DNA from: Octopus sinensis | Taxonomy: Eukaryota | Length of the DNA stretch: 64,000 bases | Assembly: GCF_006345805.1 (NCBI RefSeq) | Contig: NC_043024.1 | Location: 19,654,001 to 19,718,000, forward strand | Direction: 5' to 3' | Part shown: in pieces, positions 49,260-62,667 of the stretch | Numbering within the stretch: position 1 is the first letter of the stretch | Layout of the letters: the number at the start of each line of letters is the position of its first letter | Notes under the pieces: generated by a model | The model's input: only the letters and a program-made list of their open reading frames with translations | The model's database searches: none | Told to the model about the DNA's origin: nothing | Position numbers and translations under genes: made by a program

Positions 49260-49670
49260 ACACGCTCTCTCTCCTTCCTCTTTCTCCCCTCCCTCTCTCT
49301 TCCCTCCTCTCTCTCTTCTCTGTCTCTCTCCCCTTCCCTCTCTCTTCCTTCCTCTCTCCCCCTCCCTCCCCTCTTCTCCCCTTCTCCTCTTCCTCCCCTC
49401 CCCCTCTCTCCCCTTTTCTCCTTCTCTTCCCTACCATTCTCTCCCTTCCCTCTCTCCTCTCTCTCTCTCTTCCCTCCCTCTCCCGCCCCTCCCTCTCTCT
49501 CCCCTCCCTCTCGCCCCCTCACTCCCCATCTCCCCTCCCTCTCTCTCCCCCTCCTTCTTTCTCCCCCCTCTCTCCTCTCCCTATCGCTTCCCTCCCTCTC
49601 CTTCTCCCTTCCTCCCCTTCTTTCTCTCTCCTCTCTCCCTTCTCTCTCCTACCATCCCTCTCTCTCTCTC
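49260..49670. repeat. Polypyrimidine/polypurine (CT-rich) tract
   Basis: About 410 bp almost entirely C/T on the + strand. Confidence 0.95.
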
Positions 49671-50331
49671 CCTTATACAATGGGCTTCTTTCAGTTTCCA
49701 CCTACCAAATCTACACTCACAAATTTGGTCAGCCTGAAGCTATATAGCTGAAGACCCTTGCTTAAAGTCCCATCAGCGGGACTGAACCTGCAATCACCTG
49801 TCATTAGAAAGCTAACCTGTAAACCACACGGCCATGCCCCCCACCCCACAAAACTACTAAAATAAAAAAATTTATTGATTTTAAAATAAATTTTCTTTTG
49901 AAACCATTTTCAGAATATTTGGAAAGACTCTGGTAAAAGGAGCTGAATGCAGAAACTCCTTGTCTTGAATGCAATATTAAGGGGTCACAGATGTGTGACG
50001 AAAGGTTTCCGGACAATGGACATGAGTTAGAATAATAAAAGAAGTCCTACTGTGTGGTACCTTGGGCAAGGGTCTTCTGCTGTCAGACTGATCAAAGCCT
50101 TGTGAGCGGTTTTGGTAAATGGAAACTGAACGAAGCCATTTGGGTATATGTATATATATAGGCGTAGGAGTGGCTGTGTGGTAAGTAGCTTGCTTACCAA
50201 CCACATGGTTCCGGGTTCAGTCCCACTGCATGACACCTTGGGCAAGTGTCTTCTACTATAGCCTCGGGCCGACCAAAGCCTTGTGAGTGGATTTGGTAGA
50301 CGGAAACTTAAAGAAGCCCGCTGTATATATG

Positions 50332-50362
<31 letters not shown>

Positions 50363-50850
50363 ATGTGTGTGTGTATCTTTATCCCCCAACACCACTTGGC
50401 AACTGGTATTGGTGTGTTTACATCCCCATAACGTAGCAGTTTGGCAAAAGAGAGTGATAGAATAAGTATGAGGCTTAATAAAAATATAAATACCAGAGTT
50501 GAATTATTCAACTGAAACAAATTGCTCAAAGTGATGCACCAGTAGGGTCGCAATCTAATAACTGAAAAAGTAAAAGATAAAAGGGTTGGCAGTTCACTGT
50601 GAGCCAGCGTTGAGTCTCATGTAATATCAATAGCAGTGCATTGTGTAAATACTTTCTTTCCCTGCTGCTTCATTATATTATATATCCAGCATACAAGGAT
50701 GTGAAACTAATTATGATGGCTTCGTTTTTATCGCAAGTTCCCTATGTTTCTTTCCATGGTGTCAGTTGGAAAGCTGGATGTCTTGCAAGTGAGGCTCAAA
50801 TTATTTTGAAGTCCCAATCTTCTTGATAACGACATATGTATATATATATA

Positions 50851-51230
50851 CTAGCAGTATCGCCCGGCGTTGCTCGGGTTTGTTTCGACCCTTTAGAATT
50901 GGAATTTTTGAAAAGTAAAAATTTCGCATTATGTAGCTTGTTATTCTCTTTAAATAAACATTTTTCTGGTTGAAATACACCGAAAAATGGCGACACAGCA
51001 GTCAAAAAATCGTAAAAAATAGGGATTTTCATAGAAAAAAAAGCACCTTTTTGATGTAAATAATTTTTGGTGTTAACATGGTTCGATTTGAATTTTTTCT
51101 CCTACGGAAGGAAGAGCAAGCCGTCTTCTATCATACTCTCAACTTTGGTCAACTTGCGCTGCAGGGTCTCGGAGGAGATAGTGTTAGTTGAAGACTACCA
51201 AACCTGCCATACACAGACGGACAACTTCAG

Positions 51231-51240
<10 letters not shown>
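50851..51240 (-). mobile_element. Non-autonomous Helitron, family H1, second copy
   Basis: Reverse complement aligns closely with 46295-46686; CTAG terminus at 50851; 5' end merges into (TA)n. Confidence 0.8.
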
Positions 51241-51307
<67 letters not shown>

Positions 51308-51962
51308 TTTGTGCATTGATGTCTGTATTTATTTCTCATCATTTGGCAACAGATGTCAAGTAAATTTCATCTTCACAACTTAGCAGTTTGGCAAAACAGT
51401 AACTAAGAAAATAAGTGAGATGTTTAAAATAACTTCTGTGCTCAATTTAATCAGCAAAACACTTCAAGATGGTGCCCCAGCCTGACCCCCCCCCCCCATC
51501 ACACACACACACACACATAATCCAATGACTAAAACAAAAACAAGAATAGAAAAATATTACAAAAAAATAGTTGGGTGTGAAAATGTTATTTGAATTAAAT
51601 ATATTAACTGAATTATATGTTAACATCACGAAATATATTTGGTTTAAATTGCAATTTATTCCTAAAATTCCTTGCAGCAAAATCTCAAAGAAATTAAAAC
51701 TATATTTTCTTAGTTGTCTGATAAAAGAATCATGCTTTGAATTCCAAAGTTTTAAATATTTTTATAAAAAGATTGTGGTGCAGATATGACTGTGTGTCTA
51801 AGAAGCTTGCTTCCCGATCATGTGGTTTCATTTCTGGTTCAATCCCACTTCACAGCACATTGGGACAACCATCTTTCACTATAGTTCCAGACCCATCAAA
51901 CCTTTGTAAGTTAGTTTGATACATTGGAAGTCATGTAGCTTCTCTTCAGTAAGAAACTGGCC

Positions 51963-52101
51963 CTGTTTCAGCCCTTTTTTCTCATACTTTACCCCTCTGT
52001 TTCAGCCCTTTTTCTCTCATACTTTACCCCTCTCTTTCAGCCCTTTTTTCTCATACTTCACCCCTCTGTTTCAGCCCTTTTATCTCATATTTTACCCCTC
52101 T
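51963..52101. repeat. ~34-bp minisatellite, 4 copies
   Basis: Unit approx. GTTTCAGCCCTTTTTTCTCATACTTTACCCCTCT. Confidence 0.9.
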
Positions 52102-54888
52102 ACTCTTTTGTCTCCTAGTATAAAGTTCCCATTCGTACCGCAAGACTCATAGTCTTGCATGCTGCATTGGTGACCTCACTAGTACTGATGGCATGTGATA
52201 GGTACCCAGTACTCACTGGAATGTGGTTGGTATTAGGAAAAATATCCAGACATAGAAACTATACCAAACAAACACTAAAGCCCAATGCAGTCCTTAGAAC
52301 CTTCAGATCCTGTCAAATAATTCGACCCATGCAAGTGTGGGACACGGACATTAAATGAGGATAATATAAGTGTGTGTGTGTGCATGAGTGTGTTTGTATA
52401 TGTGTGTTATTCATTTTTATTTTTAGTTTTCTTACCAATAAAGAGCTGGATTTCAACATAGCTCCATCATTGGAATTTCAGCAACATCAACAGGACATTT
52501 GTGCACGTTTGTGTGTATGTGTGCAATATTTGGCATCACTGCATTTGCAGCTCTGCATATCTTGTTTTATGCACGTATTCTCATGCATATAGTTGCATGT
52601 CTAGACGTGCATATGTATTTAAGTACTAAACTTCTGGAAAGTTTTACAAATTTTGACAGTGCCATTGATTTCTTGAATCTGTAATCTTCTAAGGCTGTGA
52701 GCTGGCAGGAATGTTAGCACGCTGGGTGAAATGTTTACTCTTACTCTTTACTTGTTTCAGTCATTTGACTGAAGCCATGCTGGAGCACCACCTTTAGTCG
52801 AGAAAATTGACCCCAAGACATTCTTTGTAAGCCTAGTACTTAATCTATCAGTCTCTTTAGCCGAACCGCTAAGTTACGGGGACGTAAACACACTACCATC
52901 GGTTGTCAAGCGATGTTGGGGGAACAAACACAGACAGACACATATATATATGACGGGCTTCTTTCAGTTTCCGTCTACCAAATCCACTCACAAGGCTTTG
53001 GTCATCCCGAGGCTATAGTAGAAGACACTTGCCCAAGGTGCCATGCAGTGGGACTGAACCTGGAACCATGTGGTTGGTAAGCAAGCTACTTACCACACAG
53101 CCACTCCTGCGCCTATATCGTTTGTCTTTATGTTCTGAGTTCAAATTCTACTAAGATCGACTTTGCCTTTCATCCTTTTGGGGTCAATAAATTAAGCACC
53201 AGTTGCACACTGGGGTTGATCTAACTGACTGGGCCCCTCCCAAAAAATTTCAGGCCTTGTGCCTAGAGTAAAAAAGAACCTGTAATCTTCTGATTAGCTT
53301 TCTCCTTGCTGGTTTTGAGAAGCCTAATTTCTCAAGACTGATGTTGCAGCAGTTGCCCGTGTGACACTCACAATCATAGTTTCAATTCCAAGAACCATGT
53401 GGCACAGTGTGACCTTGAGCAAAATTCTTCGTTTCTCCTTACTCTTTTGTCACTACAGCATTTTACATGTGGCACTCTGCACATCTGTACAAGCAATGTC
53501 GATTTGATGGAGAGAATGAGTTGACATACAACACAAACAAATCATCTTTGCTGTTTGTTCAGCGAGAATTCATCAAACCTTCAACCTTTCTCAACAGCAG
53601 CGTCCACCATTTTATATAATTTACACATTCCTTAAGTTTTCACCTGACTCAATAAATCTTTACTTATATTTTGTCCCACATGTTAACATTGCTGCTTTTT
53701 GTATTCTCTCTTTTCCTTTCTGTTTTTTTCTTCATTTCCTTGACCACAGCATCCACCTCCTTCTAAAGACAAGCATCTTTCCCTGGTACTAAATCTAACT
53801 TTCACAGCATAACGAACCTGTCTCAGAACCATTATATAGAATTCTCACCAACTTTTACCTTTTCCCCTATTTTTTCCTTTCACCTTCTTTCCATGACGTT
53901 AAACAAAATGAAGGCTCCTTGTTAAACCAGCAATGAAATGTTTACTTACAACACGTCATGATTATAAATTTTCTATTTCATACTCAAGTACATACATTGG
54001 TTCCACAAGATCAACAAGTTTGCTTATTTCCTTACTTCTAACCTAAAACATCAAACTTTTCTTTAGTTTTGCTCAGGTTCGTTTTGGTCCATTTCTTTAT
54101 CGGTATTTTGGGATATTTTTGCTGCCAAATGTCATGGATTAGGGGAGGAAATACAACCGTGTTTCGTGGTCTGCTACCACAACAGCTCCTTTATAGGATC
54201 CAGTTAGCTCAAGACATCATCAGGAGGAACCACGCCCGGTTTCGGCCCCTACTCCTCTACCGTTTTGACGTGGCGGGCCCCCCCCCCTTTCGGAGGTGTC
54301 TTCAGCTCTGGTGTTGGGTGCATGTCTTCTTTCTTCTTCTTTCTTCTGTTCCCTGGTCTCTTCGATGTATCGTCAGCGAGTGTCAGCCAGTAACTGACTG
54401 TCTTGTCAAATTTTTCCCTTTAAATACCTGCCACATAGGTTCCAGCAGGCAGCCCCAGCAAGTTGTCACGTGACACTGTCTCACCTTAACTTCACATATT
54501 TGGCGTCATTCTTTGGTTCATTTTTCTCTTCATATATATTTCTTTACTACCCACAAGGGGCTAAACACAGAAGGGGACAAACAAGGACAGACAAAGGAAT
54601 TAAGCTGATTATTTCGACCCCAGTGTGTAACTGGTACTTAATTTATCGACCCCGAAAGGATTAAAGGCAAAGTCGACCTCGGCAGAATTTGAACTCGGAA
54701 CGTAACGGCAGACGAAATACAGCAACACATTTCGCCCGGCGTGCTAACGTTTCTGCCAGCTCGCCGCCTTTTCTCTTCATATATATTACATTCTCCTTTA
54801 TTCCCATCAAATGACCATTATATTTATTCCATTGTTCTAAGATGTCTTCTGCTTCTGTGATTTCCAATTCCATGAGTGTCAAGAAATA

Positions 54889-55105
54889 TGAGAGGCACTG
54901 AAAAGTTCCTGGCTTTAAAGGTATCGAGAAAGGCCTGGCTGGAGGCCCAAACTGCCTAGTTGTTTTACAGGGTTTAGAAAAACTGGAGGGCCACTGCAAT
55001 GAGTGTGAGAATCTGAGAGGGGAATATGTTGAATAAAATCATAATTAACTGATTCTCCTGTATTTTCTTTTACCCAAAGCAAGGAACTTTTTCAGCACCA
55101 CCTCA
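54889..55105 (+). mobile_element. Mariner-derived MITE
   Basis: Imperfect TIRs (..CACTGAAAAGTTCCTGGCTTT / AAAGCAAGGAACTTTTTCAGCACC..); interior retains a mariner transposase C-terminus EKLEGHCNECVNLRGEYVE*. Truncated copies at 55553-55690, 57390-57440 and 57917-57965. Confidence 0.75.
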
Positions 55106-55119
55106 TGTGTGTATGTATG

Positions 55120-55164
<45 letters not shown>

Positions 55165-55287
55165 ATAAGAGTAAATAATTTCTATAATGGTTTTTAAAAA
55201 AGACCACAATTATTTACCGGTAGAATTCGGTATGTAAATATAGCCGATTAATGGTAGGAACCTCTGTAAAGTTCAGTATATATATTG

Positions 55288-55506
55288 TATATAAGAAAAA
55301 AAGGGACAGGCAACAGGTTGCTTGACTGCATACCGAAAAAGTAGAAATAGCAGTCAAGAATGCTTATTTCTATTTCCCACAAGTGGGGCTCCACACACAA
55401 CAAACCCTGCAATTCACATATGCACTTGTGGAAAATAGTAAAAAAGCATTCTTGACTGCTATTTCTACTTTTTCGGTATGCGGTCAAGCAACCTGTTCCC
55501 TTTTTT

Positions 55507-55514
<8 letters not shown>
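55288..55514. repeat. ~95-bp imperfect inverted repeat flanked by (TA)n
   Basis: Core 54-bp arm has one mismatch (a G.U in RNA); the stem extends on both sides; loop about 38 nt. Confidence 0.9.
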
Positions 55515-55554
<40 letters not shown>

Positions 55555-57299
55555 AGGGGATGCTGTAAACTTCCTGGTTTTAAGGGTATCAAGAAAGGCC
55601 TGGTTGGAGGCCCAACCTTCTGAGTTCTTTTACTGGACTTAGAAAAACTGAAGGACCGCCGCAATAAGTGTGTGAATCTGAGAGGATGCCAGTCCATCGC
55701 AGCATTACTCGAGAAACAGGAGGAAAGAATGAGAGAAAGTTGGGGTGAAAAAGTACAACAGGGGTCGCCACCACCCCCTGCCGGAGCCTCGTGGAGCTTT
55801 TAGGTGTTTTCGCTCAATAAACACACACAACACCCAGTCTGGGAATCGAAATCGCGATCCTCAGACCACGAGTCCGCTGCCCTAACCATTGGTCCATTGT
55901 GCCTCCGTGATGATTTATATACTACTGGTTTATAGTTATGTAATTTTAGCTGATCTTGCTGAGTAAATTTGACTTTTATGGGCAGGTAAATTTAATTAAC
56001 AGGTGTAAAAACAATAACATTATGGATAAACACTAGAATTGAAATTCTTAATGCATCTTTGTTCGTGTCCGTTGCCAGCCTCGCCTGGCCCCCGTGCCGG
56101 TGGCACGTAAAAGCACCATCCATTCGTGGACGTTTGCCAGCTCCGTCTGGCACCTGTGCGGGTGGCATGTAAAAAGCACCCACTACACTCACGGAGTGGT
56201 TGGCGTTAGGAAGGGCATCCAGCCGTAGAAACACTGCCAGATCAGACTGGGCCTGATGCAGACCCCAGTTGAACCGTCCAACCCATGCTAGCATGGAAAG
56301 CGGACGCTAAATGGTGATGATGATGATGATGATGATCTTACCAATTTGATTTGTTATTAAAATTATCCCAGTTGGCAACTGTCAAAAATTTTGCGACTTT
56401 TCAAAATGAGGCACATTAATTTGAATTAATTAAAATACAAATATAATTGGTACAAGATTTTAGTCTTTCGGTAAATATTTCATACCTTGGTGTGGAAAAA
56501 TTGTTTACCACAGATATTTTCCAAACCTGCCACAAGCCCCTTTTTCCCAGAAAAGAAAATTGGGAGGGGTGACATTGACCTCGAAGTTTCTCACCGAGGG
56601 AGTTTTGTTTTGTGGGTCTTTTTTGTCTTTTTTTAGGTTATTTTGCATATTTCCAATGAATGTGACATCGAAATCACGCATAAACAGCACCTTTTTCCAG
56701 AAAAGGAAAGATTTAGCTACTATTTCTAGCATGCCCTGCTACCATGTAACAGCTATTTGCATTCACACCGAAATATTTACCGACTTTTTTCCTTCCATTT
56801 ATTTTTTCCACTTTATGGCAGTCAATATTTTTTCTGTTGACATCCACCTCACAGAGGTCACGGATCAAGTGGAAACACATCAATCACTGTTTCCTCTTCA
56901 CAGGACAAAGAAATTTCCCACTGTCTTTGCAAGTGACAAGCAGGTGGATTTGGGTTCAAATCCAGGCATGGCCAAACAAGCTCCTATAAGTTATTTCTAA
57001 TAATAAGTAGCATTTTATCGGGGTTGAAAAAATGACATATACAATATCAAATATGCTGAGACAATCTGAAAACAAGAGAAACTTTGAAATGTTTAGCGGT
57101 TTCTATGAAATTTTTTGGGTTAATGGACTTGAGTTAATGGTACCTAAATGTAATGGAAGTTAATTAGTTCGATAAGGATTTTCAAAGTTAACTTAAAAGT
57201 TAAATCGTTAACGAAAATGTTAACTTTGGTAATTAACAATTAACAGATTAAATGATTTATGCCCAGCTCTGTATATACATACACACACACACATACATA

Positions 57300-57338
<39 letters not shown>

Positions 57339-57347
57339 TATATATAT

Positions 57348-57379
<32 letters not shown>

Positions 57380-57717
57380 CATACACACATGATGGGGTGC
57401 TGTAAACTCCTAGCTTTAAAAGTATTGTGAAAGGCCTACACACATACACATATATATGCACACATATACTCTTTTACTCTTTTACTTGTTTCAGTCATCT
57501 AACTGCGGCCATGCTGGAGCACCGCCTTTAATCGAGCAACTCGACCCCGGGACTTATTCTTTTTTTATAAGCCCAGTACTTATTCTATCGGTCTCTTTTG
57601 CCGAACCGCTAAGTGACGGGGACATAAACACACCAGCATCGGTTGTCAAGCAATGCTAGGGGGACAAACACAGACACACAAACACGCATATATATATATA
57701 ATATATTATATATATAT

Positions 57718-57752
<35 letters not shown>

Positions 57753-57795
57753 ATATTATATATATATATTATATATTTATATATATATATATTAT

Positions 57796-57832
<37 letters not shown>

Positions 57833-57879
57833 TTTATATAATATATATATATATATAGTATATATATATATATATATTT

Positions 57880-57916
<37 letters not shown>

Positions 57917-58132
57917 GATGGGGTGCTGTAAACTTCCTGGCTTTAAAAGTATTGTGAAAGGCCTACACACACACACACATATATATATGAACACATATAT
58001 ATATACACACACATATATGTATATGTGTGTATATATAAGTATGAATGTATATATATGTATATATATATAATATATATATATTAAGTATGTTCATACACCC
58101 ATCTTTGTCTTTTGTTTTCTGTAAATTTCAAC

Positions 58133-58168
<36 letters not shown>

Positions 58169-58209
58169 AATATATATTATTAGTGAATTGAAGAAATCCT
58201 TTTATTGCA

Positions 58210-58289
58210 TTCTACACGTGTTTCGAAAGCCACAATTTACCAAATTCCGATTGAATAAGGAGACCATATTGTGTCTTTCTCTTCAGGAA
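58210..58289 (-). ncRNA. Hammerhead ribozyme with canonical core (Penelope/retrozyme type)
   Basis: TTC-CTGAAGA-GAAAG.CACAAT...ATTGTG.CTTTC-GAAA-C-ACGT-G-TA-GAA; followed by AATAAA and (TA)n; enclosed by a perfect 23-bp inverted repeat (58175-58197 / 58319-58341). Confidence 0.78.
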
Positions 58290-58491
58290 GGATTTCTGTT
58301 CAATCTTCGTTCAACTCCATTTCTTCAATTCACTAATAATATTAAAATTCAATTATCCACACCAACGCACGGTTGCAACACCATATGGTTGTACCTCCAA
58401 CCGTGCTTTCTTCTGCTGTGATTTTTGCTACCAAGGTATCGGTTAAACTTTTGATTAATCTGCAACAAGATTATTCATCTTTCTATTTCAC

Positions 58492-58541
<50 letters not shown>

Positions 58542-59327
58542 TTTATTTATTTAGATAAATAGACAAATGAGTGTGTGTGTGTACTTTTAAGCTGGTGTTT
58601 GTCTCCCACCACCACTTGACAACCAGCATTGGTTTGTTTACATTCCTATCAACCTAGCGGTTCAGCAAAAGCAACCTGCATAATAGGTACCAAACTGAAA
58701 CGCGAAATAAGACTTAAGTTCTGGCATCAAATTCTTTTGACAAACAAATATCTTCAAAGCAGTGCTCCAGTATGGCTGCAGTTGAAAGATCGAATCAAAT
58801 CAAAAATAAAAGATGTCATGCTCCAGCATGGCCACATGCCAATCTCTCTAAATACTAACTTGTATTTTTAGTTCCTTCAGTAAAGAATTAGCCGTCTGTG
58901 AGCCAAGAGATTCAGACCCAACTCTTCTATCAAAATGTATTGAGTTTTAAAGATCAAAAGAATGTGTTTTTTATTAATATTCCTTTATTCGGTTATTCTT
59001 TCATTCTTTCTTTGATTTTTTTTTTTTTTGCTCAAATCACGTCCAAATGGGGCCACCACTCTCAATGGTTTTCAGTCGACTGTGTTGGCCTTCATTACTT
59101 TGTCTGTCGGCTTATTTTATCGGCTGGAGGGGAGGGTCATGGTTGGAAGCTGACCAGGCGTAAGGGACAGCCATCGATATCGCACTTATTATTTGGTCAA
59201 CCATTAAAGAATTCTTTTCTGCTGCTGATCACCAATTCATGCTCACACACACACACACTCACACACGCACACACACACACATGCACACACAAACGCACAC
59301 ACACACACGCACACACACACATACACG

Positions 59328-59358
<31 letters not shown>

Positions 59359-59987
59359 GTGTACACACACACACATACACGCACACACACACACATTCTC
59401 ACACACGTGTGTGCATACTCACATATATCTCAAGAGGTGTTGCCAAAGTTTTCCAGTCCCACATGGCAGCAGAAAAATAATATCTTGTTTTCTTTTTTAT
59501 ATATATATATATATCACTCACATTTTATTTTATTTTTGTACTTTAAGAGTCAACGTATGCTTCACTACATTTTCCATTTCGCATGCATGGCTGCCCATTG
59601 CTATTTAACCCTTTTGATAGCAACCTGTCTGTGACTGCCTTTGATTCAATGCCACAAATTTCCTGCTTTGGAACAATCTAAATTAAAATCACCCATCGAA
59701 ATTTCAAGTTAATTTATGTTCCAAATACCATATTAATAAGGACAAAATTATTCCACCAAATTCTTTGTTATTTCAAAAATTAATTGAAGCAAATGCAGTG
59801 TTTCTCAACAGAAATGGTAATAATAGACACAGGAGTGGCTGTGTGGTAAGTAGCTTGCTTACCAACCACATGGCTCTGGGTTCAGTCCCACTGCATGGCA
59901 CCTTGGGCAAGTGTCTTCTACTATAGCCTCCGGCCAACCAAAGCCATGTGAGTGGATTTGGTAGACGGAAACTGAAAGAAGCCCGTC

Positions 59988-60045
<58 letters not shown>

Positions 60046-60842
60046 TGTGTTTATCCCCCCAACATCGCTTGACAACCGATGCTGGTGTGTTTACGTCCCC
60101 GTAACTTAGCGGTTCAGTAAAAGAGCAGATAGAATAAGTACTCGGCTTACAAAGAATAAGTCCTGGGGTCGATTTGCTCAACTAAAAGGCGGTGCTCCAG
60201 CATGGCCGCAGTCAAATGACTGAAAAAGTAAAAGAGTAAGAGTAAATGCAGTGTTTTTCAACAGAAATAGTAATAATAGGCACAGGTGTGGCTGTGTGGT
60301 AAGTAGCTTGCTTACCAACCACATGGTTCTGGGTTCAGTCCCACTGCATAGCACCTCGGGCAAGTGTCTTCTACTATAGCCTCGGGCCAACCAAAGCCCC
60401 GTAACGTAGCGGTTCAGCAAAAGAGCCAATAGAATAGGCTTACAAAGAATAAGTTCTGGGGTCAGTTTGATCAAATATCACACACGTTTCTTTCAGTTTC
60501 CTTGTATCAAATCCACTCACAAGGCTTTGGTCGGCCCGAGGCTATAATAGAAGACACTTGCCCAAGGTACCTCGCAGTGGGACTGAACCTGGAACCATGT
60601 GGTTGGGAAGCAAGCTTCTTACCACACAACCATGCCTGCACCTACTTGGATAAATTTACCAAAATAATATCATTGCACAAATTTCAAACACAATTACCAA
60701 AAACTTTATCTTTGAGAATTCTTTGATGTTCGGAATTGATTCTTTGTCTTATAAATTGGAAATAACACTATTTTGACACTATGACATCAGGGGTCTCTTT
60801 TTTTTTTTTGTTTCTTTTTCTTATACGTTCTCGTTGGTGTTA

Positions 60843-61780
60843 GAAAAGGTGTAGTGGTGGTGGTGGTGGAGGTGATAGTGGTGTTGTTGTTGGTGGTGGT
60901 GGTGGAGGTGGTAGTGGTGTTGTTGTTGTTGCTGGTGGTGGTGGTGGAGGTGATAGTGTTGTTGTTGGTGGTGTGGTGGTGGTGAGGTGGTAGTGGTGTT
61001 GTTGTTGGTGTGGTGGTGGTGGTGGAGGTGGTAGTGGTGTTGTTGTTGGTGGTGGTGGTGGTGGTGGTGAGGTGGTAGTGGTGTTGTTGTTGTTGCTGGT
61101 GGTGGTGGTGGAGGTGATAGTGTTGTTGTTGGTGGTGGTGGTGGTGGTGGAGGTGGTAGTGGTGTTGTTGTTGGTGGTGGTGGTGGTGGTGGAGGTGGTA
61201 GTGGTGTTGTTGTTGGTGGTGGTGGTGGTGGTGGAGGTGGTAGTGGTGTTGTTGTTGTTGCTGGTGGTGGTGGTGGTGGAGGTGATAGTGTTGTTGTTGT
61301 TGGTGGTGGTGATGGTGGAGGTGATAGTGGTGTTGTTGGTGGTGGTGGTGGTGGTGGAGGTGGTAGTGGTGTTGTTGTTGTTGGTGGTGGTGGTGGTGGA
61401 GGTGGTAGTGGTGTTGTTGTTGGTGGTGGAGGTGGTAGTGGTGTTGTTGTTGGAGATGGTGTTGGCGATGTTAGTATTTGTTGTTGCTGGTGGTGGTGGT
61501 GGAGGTGATAGTGTTGTTGTTGGTGGTGGTGGTGGTGGTGGAGGTGGTAGTGGTGTTGTTGGTGGTGGTGGAGGTGTTAGTGGTGTTGTTGTTGGTGATA
61601 GTGTTGGCGATGTTAGTTATTGTTGTTGGTGGTGGTGGAGGTGGTAGTGGTGTTGTTGTTGGAGATGGTGTTGACGATGTTAGTTATTGCTGGTGGTGGT
61701 TGTGGTGGGGCAGTGGTTTTCGAGGAGGAGGGGGCGGGGGAGGAGGAGAGGAGGTGGTGGTGGTGGTGGTGGTGGTGGAG
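60843..61780. repeat. (GGT/GTT)n low-complexity tract; similar tracts at 23790-24130 and 26115-26365
   Basis: Visible directly. Confidence 0.95.
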
Positions 61781-62534
61781 GAGTCAGATATTAATCAACC
61801 CTGACCAAATAGACCTTCGATCAAAGCCATCTTCAAACATTTCCATCCTATCTTTTATTCCAGACATATGTGTATCTAAGACTACATTATCTAATGTGTC
61901 CTTCCATTTTTCGATAGGGAGAGAATCTTTTATCAGTTTGTTCTTTTGTTTAGTTTTTTTTTTCGAAATGGTAAAATGTGATCTGATAGATTTGGCTGCT
62001 ATTTCCAGCTGGTTCCAACACAGTGTCCCTTATTGCTTTGTCCTTTTAATATAGAAAGATACAAGAGGTTCAAAGGTCAGGGCTCATTCTTGATACAGAT
62101 GGTCTTCATCTTAGACAAGAGCAGGTTGACATTGTAGGAAAGAACAAGGGCAAGGAAGCAATTCTAGAAAATTGCCATTCTTGGAAGACTGGGCTGTGAA
62201 TAATGGTTTGAGTGGACCTTAAAGAAGGGATCGTAAGAGTTATGAGAGGACTGAACAAAAGTCTGACAAAGGCAATGTAAGGTTTGATAGAGAAGGGACA
62301 CATTCAGTGACAGATCCACTTGCAAGACTTCGGTCAGCCTGGGGTTATAGTAGAAGGCACTTGCTGAAGGTGATACACAGCGGGACTGAACCTGAGACAA
62401 CAGGGTTGGAAAGCAAGCTTCTTAATTACACAGACACATCTGTAGAAAAATTTACATGAAGAATCGAACAAATCATATATGAGTGTGTGTGTGTATGTAT
62501 ACATGCACATACAGACACACACACACACACACAC

Positions 62535-62589
<55 letters not shown>

Positions 62590-62667
62590 TTATGTAAATG
62601 GATGAATGAATTATCCTTTGTTTACCGTTAATGTTATAATGTCTTGTTGTTGAGATAGGTTCTCTTT

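Noticed and set aside
53560-54530. Decayed L1/Tx1-like ORF1 on the minus strand
   Set aside because: Only fragmentary resemblance with many stops; cannot be supported without a search.
56820-56945. Candidate downstream exon (tggcag…gcag/gtggat), also 62055-62125
   Set aside because: Phase-compatible translations show no Ig, FN3 or TM character and splice signals are weak.
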